A stretch of 64,000 bases of DNA, from NCBI GenBank assembly GCA_964016885.1, contig OZ024765.1, positions 6,138,001 to 6,202,000 on the forward strand. The letters run 5' to 3'. Shown in pieces: positions 39,384 through 52,839 of this stretch (positions are counted from its first letter, which is position 1; each line of letters begins with the position of its first letter). The position numbers and the translations under genes are program-made. The DNA comes from Eledone cirrhosa. Lineage: Eukaryota. Under the pieces are notes generated by a model, which saw only the letters and a program-made list of their open reading frames with translations, made no database searches and was not told the origin of the DNA.

Positions 39384-39465
39384 TTCTATATTAAAACATT
39401 TATACTCTGCTATGTATTGAGTACCTTACTTACCGTGGTAACCCCCGATTCAACCAGGAATAACT

Positions 39466-39531
<66 letters not shown>

Positions 39532-39538
39532 TACTTAC

Positions 39539-39970
39539 TTCATCGGTTTCTGAACCAAATAGCAACAGGTCGAAAGGTATGGCAGCAACGACATCAATTA
39601 GAAACCAACCCTTGAAATAGTGAACGGCAATTTTTCCCGGATGGCTCACGACTTCATCGTTTTTGTTGACATACGTGGTACGGAAGTTAATAAGAATGTC
39701 GATAATAAACATTACATCGACAATAAGGTCTATGATAGTCAGTGGGTCCTGGTAGGAGCTTTGTACACTCTGGAAAGCTTCTTTTTTACGTTCCTCACTT
39801 AAAAGAAAAGCCGCAACATACGGGGTAAATATTGCAGTGTAAATCACAAGCAATAATATAATCCAATCCCAGGCGGCTTTGAACGGAGAATAGTGCAGAA
39901 TAGTGCATCGGTGGATGCGCGATGATTGCAACTTGTATTCTGGAATAACGTCTGCGCCAAGCGAAAGAAC
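39539..39970 (-). CDS. KCNH2: erg exon: S1-S3 ([15 protein letters not shown]...[16 protein letters not shown])
   Basis: 432 nt, phase 0-0, canonical sites; near-identical to erg S1-S3. Confidence 0.97.
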
Positions 39971-40054
39971 CTGAAGAATGAAATGAAATGAAATTTTAGA
40001 TTTTGTATAAATCACCTCTATGTAGGGTTAGGGTTAGCTGGCCTCATATGAGGT

Positions 40055-40745
40055 TGTATAGGAGGTTTCTTGGGTGTTTTAAAGACATGGGTCTCAGTCC
40101 TTATAAGAGGTTGCTTGGGTGTTTTAAAGACATGGGTCTCACTCCTTATAAGAGGTTGCTTGGGTGTTTTAAAGACATGGGACTCAGTCCTTATAAGAGG
40201 TTGCTTGGGTGTTTTAAAGACATGGGTCTCAGTCCTTATAAGAGGTTGCTTGGGTGTTTTAAAGACATGGGTCTCACTCCTTATAAGAGATTTCTTGGGT
40301 GTTTTAAAGACATGGGCCTCAATCCCTGTAGGAGGTTTATTGGGTGTTTTAAAGACATGGGCCTCAATCCTTGTAGGAGGTTTATTGGGTGTTTTAAAGA
40401 CATGGGCCTCAGTCCTTATAAGAGGTTTCTTGGGTGTTTTAAAGACCTGGGCCTCAGTCTTTATAAGAGGTTTCTTGGGTGTTTTAAAGACCTGGACCTC
40501 AGTCCTTAGAAGAGGTTTCTTGGGTGTTTTAATGACATGGGACTCAGTCCTTATAAGAGGTTTCTTGGGTGTTTTGAAGACATGGGCCTCAGTCCTATCA
40601 TTGTTATAGCTCACATCTATGTAGGGTTAGCTGACCTCTTACAAATGTGTATCTTATAGGAGGTTTCTTGGGTGCTTTAAAGACATAGGCCTCAGTCCTT
40701 ATGAGATGTTTCTTGGGTCTTTTAAAGATATGGGCCTCAGTCCCA
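40055..40745. repeat. 51-bp minisatellite next to the S1-S3 acceptor
   Basis: cttgggtgttttaaagacatgggtctcagtccttataagagg. Confidence 0.93.
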
Positions 40746-41097
40746 TCATGTTATAGATCACATCTATGTAGGTTTACATCTAATAGGAGGTGTTTTAATG
40801 ATAGGGAACCCCCAGTCTTGTCATGTTCTTACAGCTCATACCTATGTAGGTTTAGCTGACCTCATATGAGGTTACTCGGGTATTTTATAACCAACTTTCT
40901 CATTATTAAGCCGGTGTTTGGAACATAACTTAACAAAGGTTCTTACACGAAATTATCATGAAAGGGTTTTAGTTACTGATGCTGCTGCTGCTGCTGATAA
41001 ACATTTGAAAAGATGTAATTTTATATGGTAGAAGCAGTAGCAGTTTAACATAGTGCAGTACAAAAAGAGTTAAAATAAAAGGGAGCTCAAATCTCAC

Positions 41098-41142
41098 CTC
41101 ATCTACTCCATTAGCCCCATTTTTTACTCCTCTTCGGAATAT
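41098..41142 (-). CDS. KCNH2: candidate 45-nt cassette exon IFRRGVKNGANGVDE
   Basis: pyrimidine-rich ttttcactttcag acceptor, GAG/gtgaga donor, phase 0-0, no stop, unique sequence. Confidence 0.65.
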
Positions 41143-41230
41143 CTGAAAGTGAAAAGAAAAAAACAAAAGAAATGGTTAAGTTTTAGGTATTCTAAACATG
41201 GAAATACTGTTACTATATGTATATAGACAC

Positions 41231-41296
<66 letters not shown>

Positions 41297-41340
41297 TCAC
41301 CATCATTTTATATCCTCTTTTCCAAAACCAAGCATGTAAA

Positions 41341-41372
<32 letters not shown>

Positions 41373-41611
41373 GGAAAAAGTATGACCCCGACGGCAGAGC
41401 TCAAGCCGTTTTGACGGCTATTTCTGGACTGAATTAGAATTTTTAGCCTGGTGAATCAGGCTAAAAATTCCAATTTAGTCCAGAAATAGCCGTCAAAACG
41501 GCTTGAACCCTGCTGTCGGGGTCATACTTTTTCGTATTTCCCACTCTAATACCCTAAGTATTGAGTACTCTGGTGCGTTATGGTCCATCTGGTTCCTTAC
41601 CACAATTCCTG

Positions 41612-41674
<63 letters not shown>

Positions 41675-41686
41675 TATATATGAATG

Positions 41687-41735
<49 letters not shown>

Positions 41736-41744
41736 TTGTTTTTA

Positions 41745-42333
41745 GTCCTGCAGGATGTCCAAAGTCACCCTCCTCACCAAGAAACCTTGGTGGGGTTGCC
41801 AGTTTAGTCGCCAATGACCCGACCATGAGACAGGTTGTACTGGGATACATGTTACCAGTAGCACCAATAGGGCAAACCTGTCAAAGGGCAAAGGAGCTCT
41901 TAAGAGTCAATGGCCTTCCAAAATCACCGGGAGAGATGACCCCTTAGCCTTTGTCAAGGCAGAATTCTAGGAGAAGGAAAACTCTGATATAACACCTGCA
42001 ACCCTGATGGTATCCAATGATGTTGACTTGTTCTTCTTTTTGGTAAATATCATCTTGGTTAAGAGAGTGGGACTGGCTTTGTGCAGTGCCTTTGCCCACT
42101 ATAAAAGCTTCACAGCACAGGCATTGCTTTATATCTGGAGATCTCTCTGCACTTGTCGTCACATGGTACCATGGGCCCAGCACTATGTGTCAATAATTGT
42201 CACAAGTGTAGTGTTTGTACCAGAGTTTTCAAGTCGCTGGCTGGACTAAAATGTCACTCGCTCAGCGCATCGGTAGGGGTTCTCCTACATGGATATAAAG
42301 TAGTGGCCGTACTCGAAAACGAGTTGGCAGCCA

Positions 42334-42335
<2 letters not shown>
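41745..42335 (+). mobile_element. degenerate LINE fragment with C2H2 finger (RTE/BovB-like C-terminus)
   Basis: CSVCTRVFKSLAGLKCH near the 3' end, GC-richer island between TA tracts. Confidence 0.5.
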
Positions 42336-42367
<32 letters not shown>

Positions 42368-42528
42368 AGCTGCTGAAATGGGCCGGCGCTCAGTCGTTGG
42401 GGTCCTATATATATACACACACACACACATATATTTATATATATATATTTACCTTTTCTAGCATAGAAGATGGTTGTTAAACGATGATGATGATGATATA
42501 TATATATATATACATACACACATAAACA

Positions 42529-42560
<32 letters not shown>

Positions 42561-42690
42561 AACACTTCCAACTATAATTAACAAGAGGAGTCATGCTTCA
42601 AACACAGATTTTCCCACCAACACCAGAATTTGGGGGTTCCCTTTTTTCATTAATTCCACAAAACATGAAAGTAAATGTGTGTCTACATAT

Positions 42691-42722
<32 letters not shown>

Positions 42723-43232
42723 GTATATATAATATATATATATATATAGATACATAGTATACACATACAGATACTTACACAAACAGACATATATATATAT
42801 ATATGTATATACACATATTACATACATACGTTATATATACATATATATATATATATATATACATACTTACACACACATATATACGCATATACATATATAT
42901 ATATAAATAAAATATATATGCAGATATATAGTGTATACATACATATATATATATATATTTCATGTTTACATTGAATATAAGCACATATTAAAACCTTCAC
43001 CACCAACACCAGCACCACCACTACAACTACTACCACCACCACCACCACCACCACACATTTTGTACACTATTGTGAATAGCTGAGATGTGAAAACAGCAGA
43101 GAGAGAGAGAGGGGGAGAGAGATAATATAAACGTATATGTGGTGTACACATACACATATATATATATTGTGTTTACATTGAATATAAGCATACATTAAAC
43201 CTTCAACACTGACCACTACCTGAAATACACAG

Positions 43233-43272
<40 letters not shown>

Positions 43273-43414
43273 TTTCAACAAGATGTGTCACCATTAACAT
43301 GAAAGAACTTGACAAATAAGCCTGGGTATTAAACGCTAATAACTGGAAACCATAACTACCATATTGAACTGGATACTCTGAATTTTTTCCAGCTATTGGA
43401 AATAAGTCAGGGTT

Positions 43415-44810
43415 TTTAACCCTTTCCCTACTACATCTCTAATGGAAGACACTGTCTGTCTTTAACTCTTTCATTACTATATTTCTAATGAAAGACACTG
43501 TCTGTGTCATTAACCCTTTCATTACTATATTTCTAATGAACGACACTGTCTGTGTCTTTAACTCTTTCATTACCATATTTCTAATGGAAGACACTGTCTA
43601 TGTCATTAACCCTTTCATTACCATATTTCTAATGAACGACACTGTCTGTGTCTTTAACCCTTTCATTACCATATTTCTAATGGAAGACACTGTCTATGTC
43701 ATTAACCCTTTCATTACCATATTTCTAATGGAAGACACTGTCTATGTCATTAACCCTTTCATTACCATATTTCTAATGGAAGACACTGTCTATGTCATTA
43801 ACCCTTTCATTACCATATTTCTAATGAACGACACTGTCTGTGTCTTTAACCCTTTCATTACCATATTTCTAATGGAAGACACTGTCTATGTCATTAACCC
43901 TTTCATTACCATATTTCTAATAGAAGACACTGTCTATGTCATTAACCCTTTCATTACCATATTTCTAATGGAAGACACTGTCTATGTCATTAACCCTTTC
44001 ATTACCATATTTCTAATGGAAGACACTGTCTATGTCATTAACCCTTTCATTACCATATTTCTAATGAAAGACACTGCCTATGTCTTTAACCCTTTCATTA
44101 CCATATTTCTAATGGAAGACACTGTCTATGTCATTAACCCTTTCATTACCATATTTCTAATGAAAGACACTGTCTATGTCTTTAACCCTTTCATTACCAT
44201 ATTTCTAATGGAAGACACTGTCTATGTCATTAACCCTTTCATTACCATATTTCTAATGAAAGACACTGCCTATGACTTTAACCCTTTCATTACCATATTT
44301 CTAATGGAAGATACTGTCTATGTCTTTAACCCTTTCATTACCATATTTCTAATGGAAGACACTGTCTGTCTTTAACCCTTTCATTACCATATTTCTAATG
44401 GAAGACACTGTCTGTCTTTAACCCTTTCATTACCATATTTCTAATGGAAAACACTGTCTATGTCATTAACCCTTTCATTACCATATTTCTAATGAAAGAC
44501 ACTGCCTATGTCTTTAACCCTTTCATTACCATATTTCTAATGAACGACACTGTCTGTGTCTTTAACTCTTTCATTACCATATTTCTAATGAAAGACACTG
44601 TCTATGTCTTTAACCCTTTCATTACCATATTTCTAATGAAAGACACTGTCTATGTCTTTAACTCTTTCATTACCATATTTCTAATGAAAGACACTGCCTG
44701 TGTCTTTAACTCTTTCATTACCATATTTCTAATGAAAGACACTGTCTATGTCATAAACCCTTTCATTACCATATTTCTAATGAAAGACACTACCTATTTC
44801 TAATGGAAGA
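43415..44810. repeat. 51-bp satellite (inverted copy at 63590-64000)
   Basis: ttaaccctttcattaccatatttctaatggaagacactgtctatgtc. Confidence 0.95.
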
Positions 44811-45251
44811 CAATCTGTCTAACTAGTAAACATACTATAAACATTTGAATTAACAAACCCATATTTTCTACCAAATTATTACAGGGTGTTAAGAGTTAAT
44901 ACTGCAATAAACCCATTTTGGGGTCTTTTCTACCAAATTATTACAGGGTATTAAGAGTTAATACTGCAACAAACCCATTTTTTGGGCGTCTTTTCTACTA
45001 AATTATTACAGGGTGTTAAAAGTTAACCAAGATTAATGTAAATATAATTTTAATGAGATGTTAATCAATATAGCTTTAATGACTTGTTAATAAAATAGAT
45101 CAAACAAGAAAAAAACAAACCAAAAATACTATAATGCATAAAAATAAGATAAATATTAGAAAGCAAGGGTTAATGGTTATTTTAGTTTTAGTCATCACCT
45201 CAACCCTTTTGTTACCAAACTGGCCAAAACTACCAATTTAAAGTGTTCCTA

Positions 45252-46440
45252 TTTAACATTTACATTACTCTATATATACTGTTGTATTTTCACAGTAAAG
45301 GCTTTACCTCACATAACATTTACATTACTCTATATATACTATTGTATTTTTACAGTAAAGGCTTTACCTCACATAATATTTACATTACTCTATATATACT
45401 ATTGTATTTTCACAGTAAAGGCTTTACCTCACATAATATTTACATTACTCTATATATACTATTGTATTTTTACAGTAAAGGCTTTACCTCACATAACATT
45501 TACATTACTCTATATATACTATTGTATTTTTACAGTAAAGGCTTTACCTCACATAATATTTACATTACTCTATATATACTATTGTATTTTCACAGTAAAG
45601 GCTTTACCTCACATAATATTTACATTACTCTATATATACTATTGTATTTTTACAGTAAAGGCTTTACCTCACATAACATTTACATTACTCTATATATACT
45701 ATTGTATTTTCACAGTAAAGGCTTTACCTCACATAATATTTACATTACTCTATATATACTATTGTATTTTCACAGTAAAGGCTTTACCTCACATAATATT
45801 TACATTACTCTATATATACTATTGTATTTTCACAGTAAAGGCTTTACCTCACATAATATTTACATTACTCTATATATACTATTGTATTTTTACAGTAAAG
45901 GCTTTACCTCACATAATATTTACATTACTCTATATATACTATTGTATTTTCACAGTAAAGGCTTTACCTCACATAATATTTACATTACTCTATATATACT
46001 ATTGTATTTTTACAGTAAAGGCTTTACCTCACATAATATTTACATTACTCTATATATACTATTGTATTTTTACAGTAAAGGCTTTACCTCACATAATATT
46101 TACATTACTCTATATATACTGTTGTATTTTCACAGTAAAGGCTTTACCGCACATAACATTTACATTACTCTATATATACTATTGTATTTTTACAGTAAAG
46201 GCTTTACCTCACATAACATTTACATTACTCTATATATACTATTGTATTTTTACAGTAAAGGCTTTACCTCACATAATATTTACATTACTCTATATATACT
46301 ATTGTATTTTCACAGTAAAGGCTTTACCTCACATAATATTTACATTACTCTATATATACTATTGTATTTTTACAGTAAAGGCTTTACCTCACATAATATT
46401 TACATTACTCTATATATACTATTGTATTTTTGTGGTAAAG
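45252..46440. repeat. 60-bp array (~20 units) inside a TTAA MITE
   Basis: units align in register with the 60-nt lines. Confidence 0.97.
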
Positions 46441-46721
46441 TTTCTATCCTACATCATTATCTCACATAATTTCAAATCTATGAGATTTTTGATGGTATTA
46501 ATATTGAGAACAATACTGTAACATCAGTATAAGCAGTTGGTTACAGCCAGTTTCAACAAGAAGAAGTGAGAGAATTCTGGCCGGATATGGCCGGTTTAAA
46601 TGCTAAAGAGTTAATTACTATCATAGTAATGAAATAATAAATAATTTTAGTAGATCCTTCAAAATTCTTCATTAACTAATTTGACTGAGACCAACTTGAC
46701 TGAAACTAACATTTTCAAGAG

Positions 46722-47490
46722 TCTTCTTCTTCATCACCTACTTATTCCTGAGACTGTCATGGGAGCAGAGCCCTCAAACACTCCTTCCAGCAGGTCCTGA
46801 CAGAAGCAATCATCTCCAATTGATTCAGTTGGATCCCTAAGCGAGACCAGCTGAGCTCATGGATGTTATCCAACCATCTTGCTCGAGTCTGCCCCTGGAT
46901 CTCCTGCCGGTTGGTTTTGCCTGTAAAATCTGTCCAGCAATTCTTTCTTGAGACATTCTAACCACATGTCCATAATATCGAAGCGGTGATCTTAATTCAA
47001 AGAAGTAACGGCTCTACCTGGAGTGATTCTCTGATCTCCGAGCTACAAATCTGTCCAGTGATTCTTTCCTGAGACATTCTAACCACATGTCCATAGTATC
47101 AGAGCTGTGATCTCTCAATTCAAAGTAGCAGCTCTACCTGGAGTGACCCTCTGATCTTTCAGCTACAAATCTGTTCAGTGATTCTTTCCTGAGACATTCT
47201 AACCACATGTCCATAGTATCAGAGCTGTGATCTCTCAATTTGGAGATGTAGCAGCTCTACCTAGAGTGACTCTCTGATCTCCAAGCTACAAATCTGTCCA
47301 GTGATTCTTTCCTGAGACATTCTAACCACATGCCCATAGTATCAGAGCTGTGATATCTCAATTCGGAGAAGTAGCAGCTCTACCTGGAGTGACTCTCTGA
47401 TCTCTAAGCAATCACTTTATTGAGTAACATTACTCCACAGATCCTTTGGAGGAACCACATTTCGGCTGCTTGTATTTGCGATCATATTCA
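46722..47490 (-). mobile_element. second copy of the same RTE fragment with ~4 tandem 126-bp units and (GAA)n tail
   Basis: reverse complement of 11765-12450 plus the 3' end. Confidence 0.8.
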
Positions 47491-48538
47491 CTCTAAATGT
47501 GAATTTTAAAGGGTTCCTATTAAACCCTTTAGCATTTGCTATTTACTATTGTATTTTCACGGTAAATGCTTTATCTTACTTAATTATCTCACATAATATT
47601 TCACATAAGATTCTCATTACTCTATATTTACCATTGTATTTTCATGGTAAAGGCTTTATCTGACATAATTATCCCAGATAATACTGAATCTATGAGATTT
47701 TGATGTTATTTATTTTGAGAACAATACCTTAACATCAGCATGAGTGGCCAGTTACAACCGGTTTGAATAGAAAAGGGTGAGAGAATTCTGGTTGGATTCG
47801 GCCAGTTTAAATGCTAAAGGGTTAAGATTAAAATCTCCCAACATGTTATATAAAGGCTGTATGTTATTTCTGCAGCAAACTACGGAAGATGCAAGGTTGA
47901 CTTCAAGAGGATTTGAACCCAGAACATGAAAAGACATACAACTAAATACCGAGAAGAATTTTTTCTGTCGCTCTACCGATTCTGCCAATTCATCACCCTA
48001 AAACAATAATGAAAAATTATATTTTTTATATTTTTAGTATGAATAATGATTTCTGATTTAGGCAGAAGGCCAACAATTTTGGGGGAGGGGAAAGTTGATC
48101 AAATTAACCCCAGTGCATTACTGGTACTTTATTTTATCAACCTTGGTAAAATGGTTTCTTATATAGGCACAAGGCCAGCAATTTTGGGGGAGGGGAAAGT
48201 CGATTAAATCGACCCCAGTGCGTGACTGGTATTTTATCAACCCCGGTAATAATAATAATTGTTACTACTTTTGGCACAAGGCCAGCAATTTCCCCAGTGC
48301 ATTACTGGTACTTTATTTTATCGACCCCGTAAGGATGAAAGGCAAAGTTAACCTCGGCGGGATTTGAACTCAGAATGGCAAGGGCCATAACTATGCGTCA
48401 AAGTATGGCGTCCAACCCTCTGCCGTACATAAATCGTTTATTCATCATAATTATATCGAAATAATTATAATGAATAAACGATTTATGTAACATCAGCATC
48501 TTTATTAATGTTATTATTATCTAGATATATATTTATGC

Positions 48539-48599
<61 letters not shown>

Positions 48600-48839
48600 G
48601 ATATGTATATATAAAGTTCCCAGTTCCACACTGTAAATGTGGTTGGTGTTAGGAAGGGCATCCAGCCGTAGAAAGCCTGCCAAATAGTCCTATACCAGCG
48701 AGACATGGTCACCCGACCAATCCTTGCCTCAAGTGGCACAACTCCCGTCTAACCCATGCTAGCGTGGAAGATGGACATTAAACAATGATGATGTTAATGA
48801 TGATGATACATACATATATACATACAATATTATACTTAC

Positions 48840-49042
48840 AAGTCCTAGTTTTTCTGTAACATTTTGTTTCATATTCTGAACATTGGGGAGGAGTTTGGTT
48901 GTAGACAAGACACCGTCTATGTCTTTCTTGGCATCCATCAAGTTACCGATGCTGTCATCGTAGCCTTTAGTCTTATGTTTTGCTAGTTCGGAGTCACTGG
49001 AGGCTTGACTGATAAAATTGGACCTAACATGGTTCGCTAGAG
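48840..49042 (-). CDS. KCNH2: erg exon: ...QASSDSELAKHK...KQNVTEKLGL
   Basis: ttacag acceptor, gtaagt donor, 203 nt, phase 1-0; SSDSEL and NVTEK match hERG TSDSDL and HNVTEK. Confidence 0.92.
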
Positions 49043-50452
49043 CTGTAAATACCAAGAAAAACACATAAATAATTATTTGCAGATTTTTTGTACAAAAAAA
49101 AAATCTAGTTATGTTCAAATATAATTCAACTGAAAAACAACAAAACTCGGTAGAGAGTAGCGCGCACACACACACACATATATATATCAAGCGTAAAACT
49201 AATATATTTCTTCATTGTATTGTGTCATTTTGTTATTTCTGTTGGCCTTTTGCATACACACATGCAAGAGCCTTGTTTCCGGGGGGTACCAGGGGACAAG
49301 TCCTCATCACTTTTTCAAATGTCTATATTTTATTTTTTGTTTATTTGATATAATATATTCTTTTTAAGCTTATTTTTTTTTATATCTGAACTTCATTTGA
49401 ATATATAAAATTTAATTAGAGTAACATTTTACTTATGTGATAGGGTCCGGGTAAGGCACCATAAGCAATTTATGGTCCTTTAAGAATCAACAAATGTTGG
49501 TTTGTCCTTCTCACATTTTTTAGGCAAATGAGGCCCCTGCACACATGTATAGTATGGTATAGCAAGCCACATCGGACACTGGAATAGTTCCTTTACTTTC
49601 CTCAGAAGAAGAGTATTAATCTTGAAATATCAGGACATAGGAATAAATTAAGGTAAAAAAATACCCCTTGTTTCTTACAATTTAATTATTTTCAGACCAA
49701 TCTGCATTGTCATGGCTTTGAAACTTCGAATTCTTTATGTATAGGTATGTCAATATTTGTTTATAAAACTGATCTTTATTATATTTTATCTGATGAAAGT
49801 GCACCATAATTTGCTTTGGTGTCCTTGAAATAAATATGGTTTTATAAATATATTGTATTTTTACTCCAATAATTTGTTGAATGCTTTATATCAGTTATAA
49901 AAATATTTGCTTGTTGTATCCCAACAAATTAAATATAACCTCTACATATACATATATAGTGAAGGCGTGTGGCTGAGTGGTTAGAGAATTGGATTCGCAA
50001 TTATAAGGTTGTGAGTTCGATTCCTGGACCAGGCGATGCGTTATGTCCTTGAGCAAGACACTTTATTTCACGTTGCTCCTTCTACCTGGAGTTGCGACCG
50101 ATAGATAGTATTAGCAATTGGAAAGACCAACGGAAACATTGTTCCTTCGGTCCGATTTGACGAAAGTCGATCGTTCCTATATATATATATATATATATGT
50201 GTGTGTGAGTGTGTGTGTGTATATATATACATATATATATGTGTGTGAGTGTGTGTGTATATATATATATAATTATAAAATCTCTGTTACAGTATACAAG
50301 CATGTATACTGTAACAGAGATGTTACAGTATACATGCTTGTGTATGCTTTAGTTAAAATGTGTATGCTTTAGTTAAAATGTGTATGCTTTAGTTAAAATG
50401 TGTATGCTTTAGTTAAAATGTGTATGCTTTAGTTAAAATATCTTCAACTTAC

Positions 50453-50788
50453 GTGGCTCACTATTAGTCCGAATCTTATCATCAGCTCCGAGTGATTGAT
50501 GTTGGGTTAACCCTTCTAAAGATGAAGCTCTTCTCAGTTCAGTTTGATCCTCGAGATGAGACTTCGGCTCAAGTAAACTACTTGTGTCTGACTGTAGGCC
50601 TTCAATTTTCTTTCTTGATGGAGACGTTTGATGAGGAACATTTGAATCGGGAGTGGAAATTTGATTGAGAGGTACCGACTCCTCGAGTATAGGGGGATTT
50701 TCAGGATCTTGGAGCCCACTAATTGATTTAGGGGCTCTAAAATCTTTTCTAATAGATGGGAGACGTAATTTGAAACTTTTGTGTCGAC
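50453..50788 (-). CDS. KCNH2: erg exon: proximal N-terminus (SRHKSFKLRLPS...ELRRASSLEG...)
   Basis: tttcag acceptor, gtaagt donor, 336 nt open, phase 1-1; KSFKLRLP and RRASS resemble hERG KTFRLKLP and RRASS. Confidence 0.9.
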
Positions 50789-51219
50789 CTGAAAGGAAAA
50801 AGAAAAAAATATAATTAGGAATATATAAATAATTGTTTCTACTTTCGGCACAAGGCCAGCAATTACCCAGTGCATTACTGGTACTTTATTTTATCGACCC
50901 CGTAAGGATGAAAGGCAAAGTCAACCTCGGCGGGATTTGAACTCAGATCGTAAAGGGACATAACTATGCTGGAAAGCATGGCGTCCGACCCTCTGCCGAT
51001 ACTGCCAATCAAATAATATTAAGAATATCTATATATGAATTTGAGCACAATGTGTGTGTGTGTGTTTGTGTGAATGTATGTGTGTGTACAAAGAAGGGAG
51101 GGGATGGTGAAAAAACTGTAGCAAAACAGCAGTTGGCGTTCCATTTGCTATGCTGTGTGTGAGTGTATGTGCATGTATGCTTGTGTAAATGTAGAATGTG
51201 TGTGTTTGTGTAAATGTGT

Positions 51220-51950
51220 GTGTGTGTGTTTGTGTAAAAGTATGTGTGTATGTGTTTGTGTGAATGTATGTGCGTGTTTCTGTAAAAGTATGTGTGTATG
51301 TGTTTGTGTGAATGTATGTGTGTGTTTCTGTAAAAGTATGTGTGTATGTGTTTGTGTGAATGTATGTGTGTGTTTCTGTAAAAGTATGTGTGTATGTGTT
51401 TGTGTGAATGTATGTGTGTGTTTCTGTAAAAGTATGTGTGTATGTGTTTGTGTGAATGTATGTGTGTGTTTGTGTAAAAGTATGTGTGTATGTGTTTGTG
51501 TGAATGTATGTGTGTGTTTGTGTAAAAGTATGTGTGTATGTGTTTGTGTGAATGTATGTGTGTGTTTGTGTAAAAGTATGTGCGTATGTGTTTGTGTGAA
51601 TGTATGTGTGTGTTTGTGTAAAAGTATGTGTGTATGTGTTTGTGTGAATGTATGTGTGTGTTTGTGTAAAAGTATGTGTGTATGTGTTTGTGTGAATGTA
51701 TGTGTGTGTTTGTGTAAAAGTATGTGTGTATGTGTTTGTGTGAATGTATGTGCGTGTTTCTGTAAAAGTATGTGTGTATGTGTTTGTGTGAATGTATGTG
51801 TGTGTTTGTGTAAAAGTATGTGTGTATGTGTTTGTGTGAATGTATGTGTGTGTTTCTGTAAAAGTATGTGTGTATGTGTTTGTGTGAATGTATGTGTGTG
51901 TTTGTGTAAAAGTATGTGTGTATGTATTTGTGTGAATGTATGTGTGTCTG
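51220..51950. repeat. 48-bp (TG)-rich higher-order repeat
   Basis: tgtaaaagtatgtgtgtatgtgtttgtgtgaatgtatgtgtgtgttt. Confidence 0.93.
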
Positions 51951-52839
51951 TGTTTATGTAACAGTATGTGTGTGTTTGTGCGAATGTTATATCTGTGAGT
52001 GTGTATTTTGTATAGCTATAAAGGTGGGTTTTAATTAACCTTTCCAATTATTATGTATTTTCCACTTTTCGTAGACTATATGTATTTCACTCTAGTGGTT
52101 CTCTACCCCTCGTAATTCAAAACATAACCTTTTGTGTGTACTTCTCTACATAATATATTATGAAGAGCCCAGTACTTATACCTTGAGCTCATTAAATTAC
52201 AAGGGATTAACGTGATTCTATAACTCCGTTTTTTTCATTTGATATACTCATACATAAAAATGTAAGCATATACACATGCACACATATGTACACACATGTA
52301 CATATACACACACAAAATTGCTAATTTTTTTTTCTTTCATGTGGTGGCATGGTGATGCGTGTTCAAAACAATTCTAGTATAATATAATTAACAATTTGCA
52401 CAGGTCATCATGGGGGCCTCAGACATCCTCTGACCCCAGATACCCAAATATAATCTGATATATATATATATATAAGCCAACCCCACCATTTTATGTCTGA
52501 GAAATGAGCAAAAATCCAAACCTGGTTTATATAGAATTTCAACTTGGTGAAAATCGTTAAAATATTGACCCCCTGTTTTTAGTATTTTAGCACCAAATTT
52601 ACATTTACACACTTGCACCTCTCTAAGACAATGTCACTGGACCGAGATCTTTGGCGCCACACAGTAATACAGAAAACCCACCTTGCCTATGTACAAAATG
52701 AAACCTAGTCAGTAGGCACCTCTTCACCAAATATACACCCAACCCACTACCCCTACTCCATCATCCCACTCCCACCAACACCACTCTTTCTCTGTAAAGT
52801 TATGTTGGTACCACAGAACATCCAGCCCAAACTAATGAG

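Noticed and set aside
43488-46469. Long repetitive ORFs (295 and 408 aa; likewise 4664, 13391-14691, 23824, 40003, 52800, 56990)
   Set aside because: Tandem units with lengths divisible by 3, mostly TE-derived; no splice or start context.
50534-50875. 113-aa ORF in the track
   Set aside because: Wrong frame of the real exon 50453-50788.
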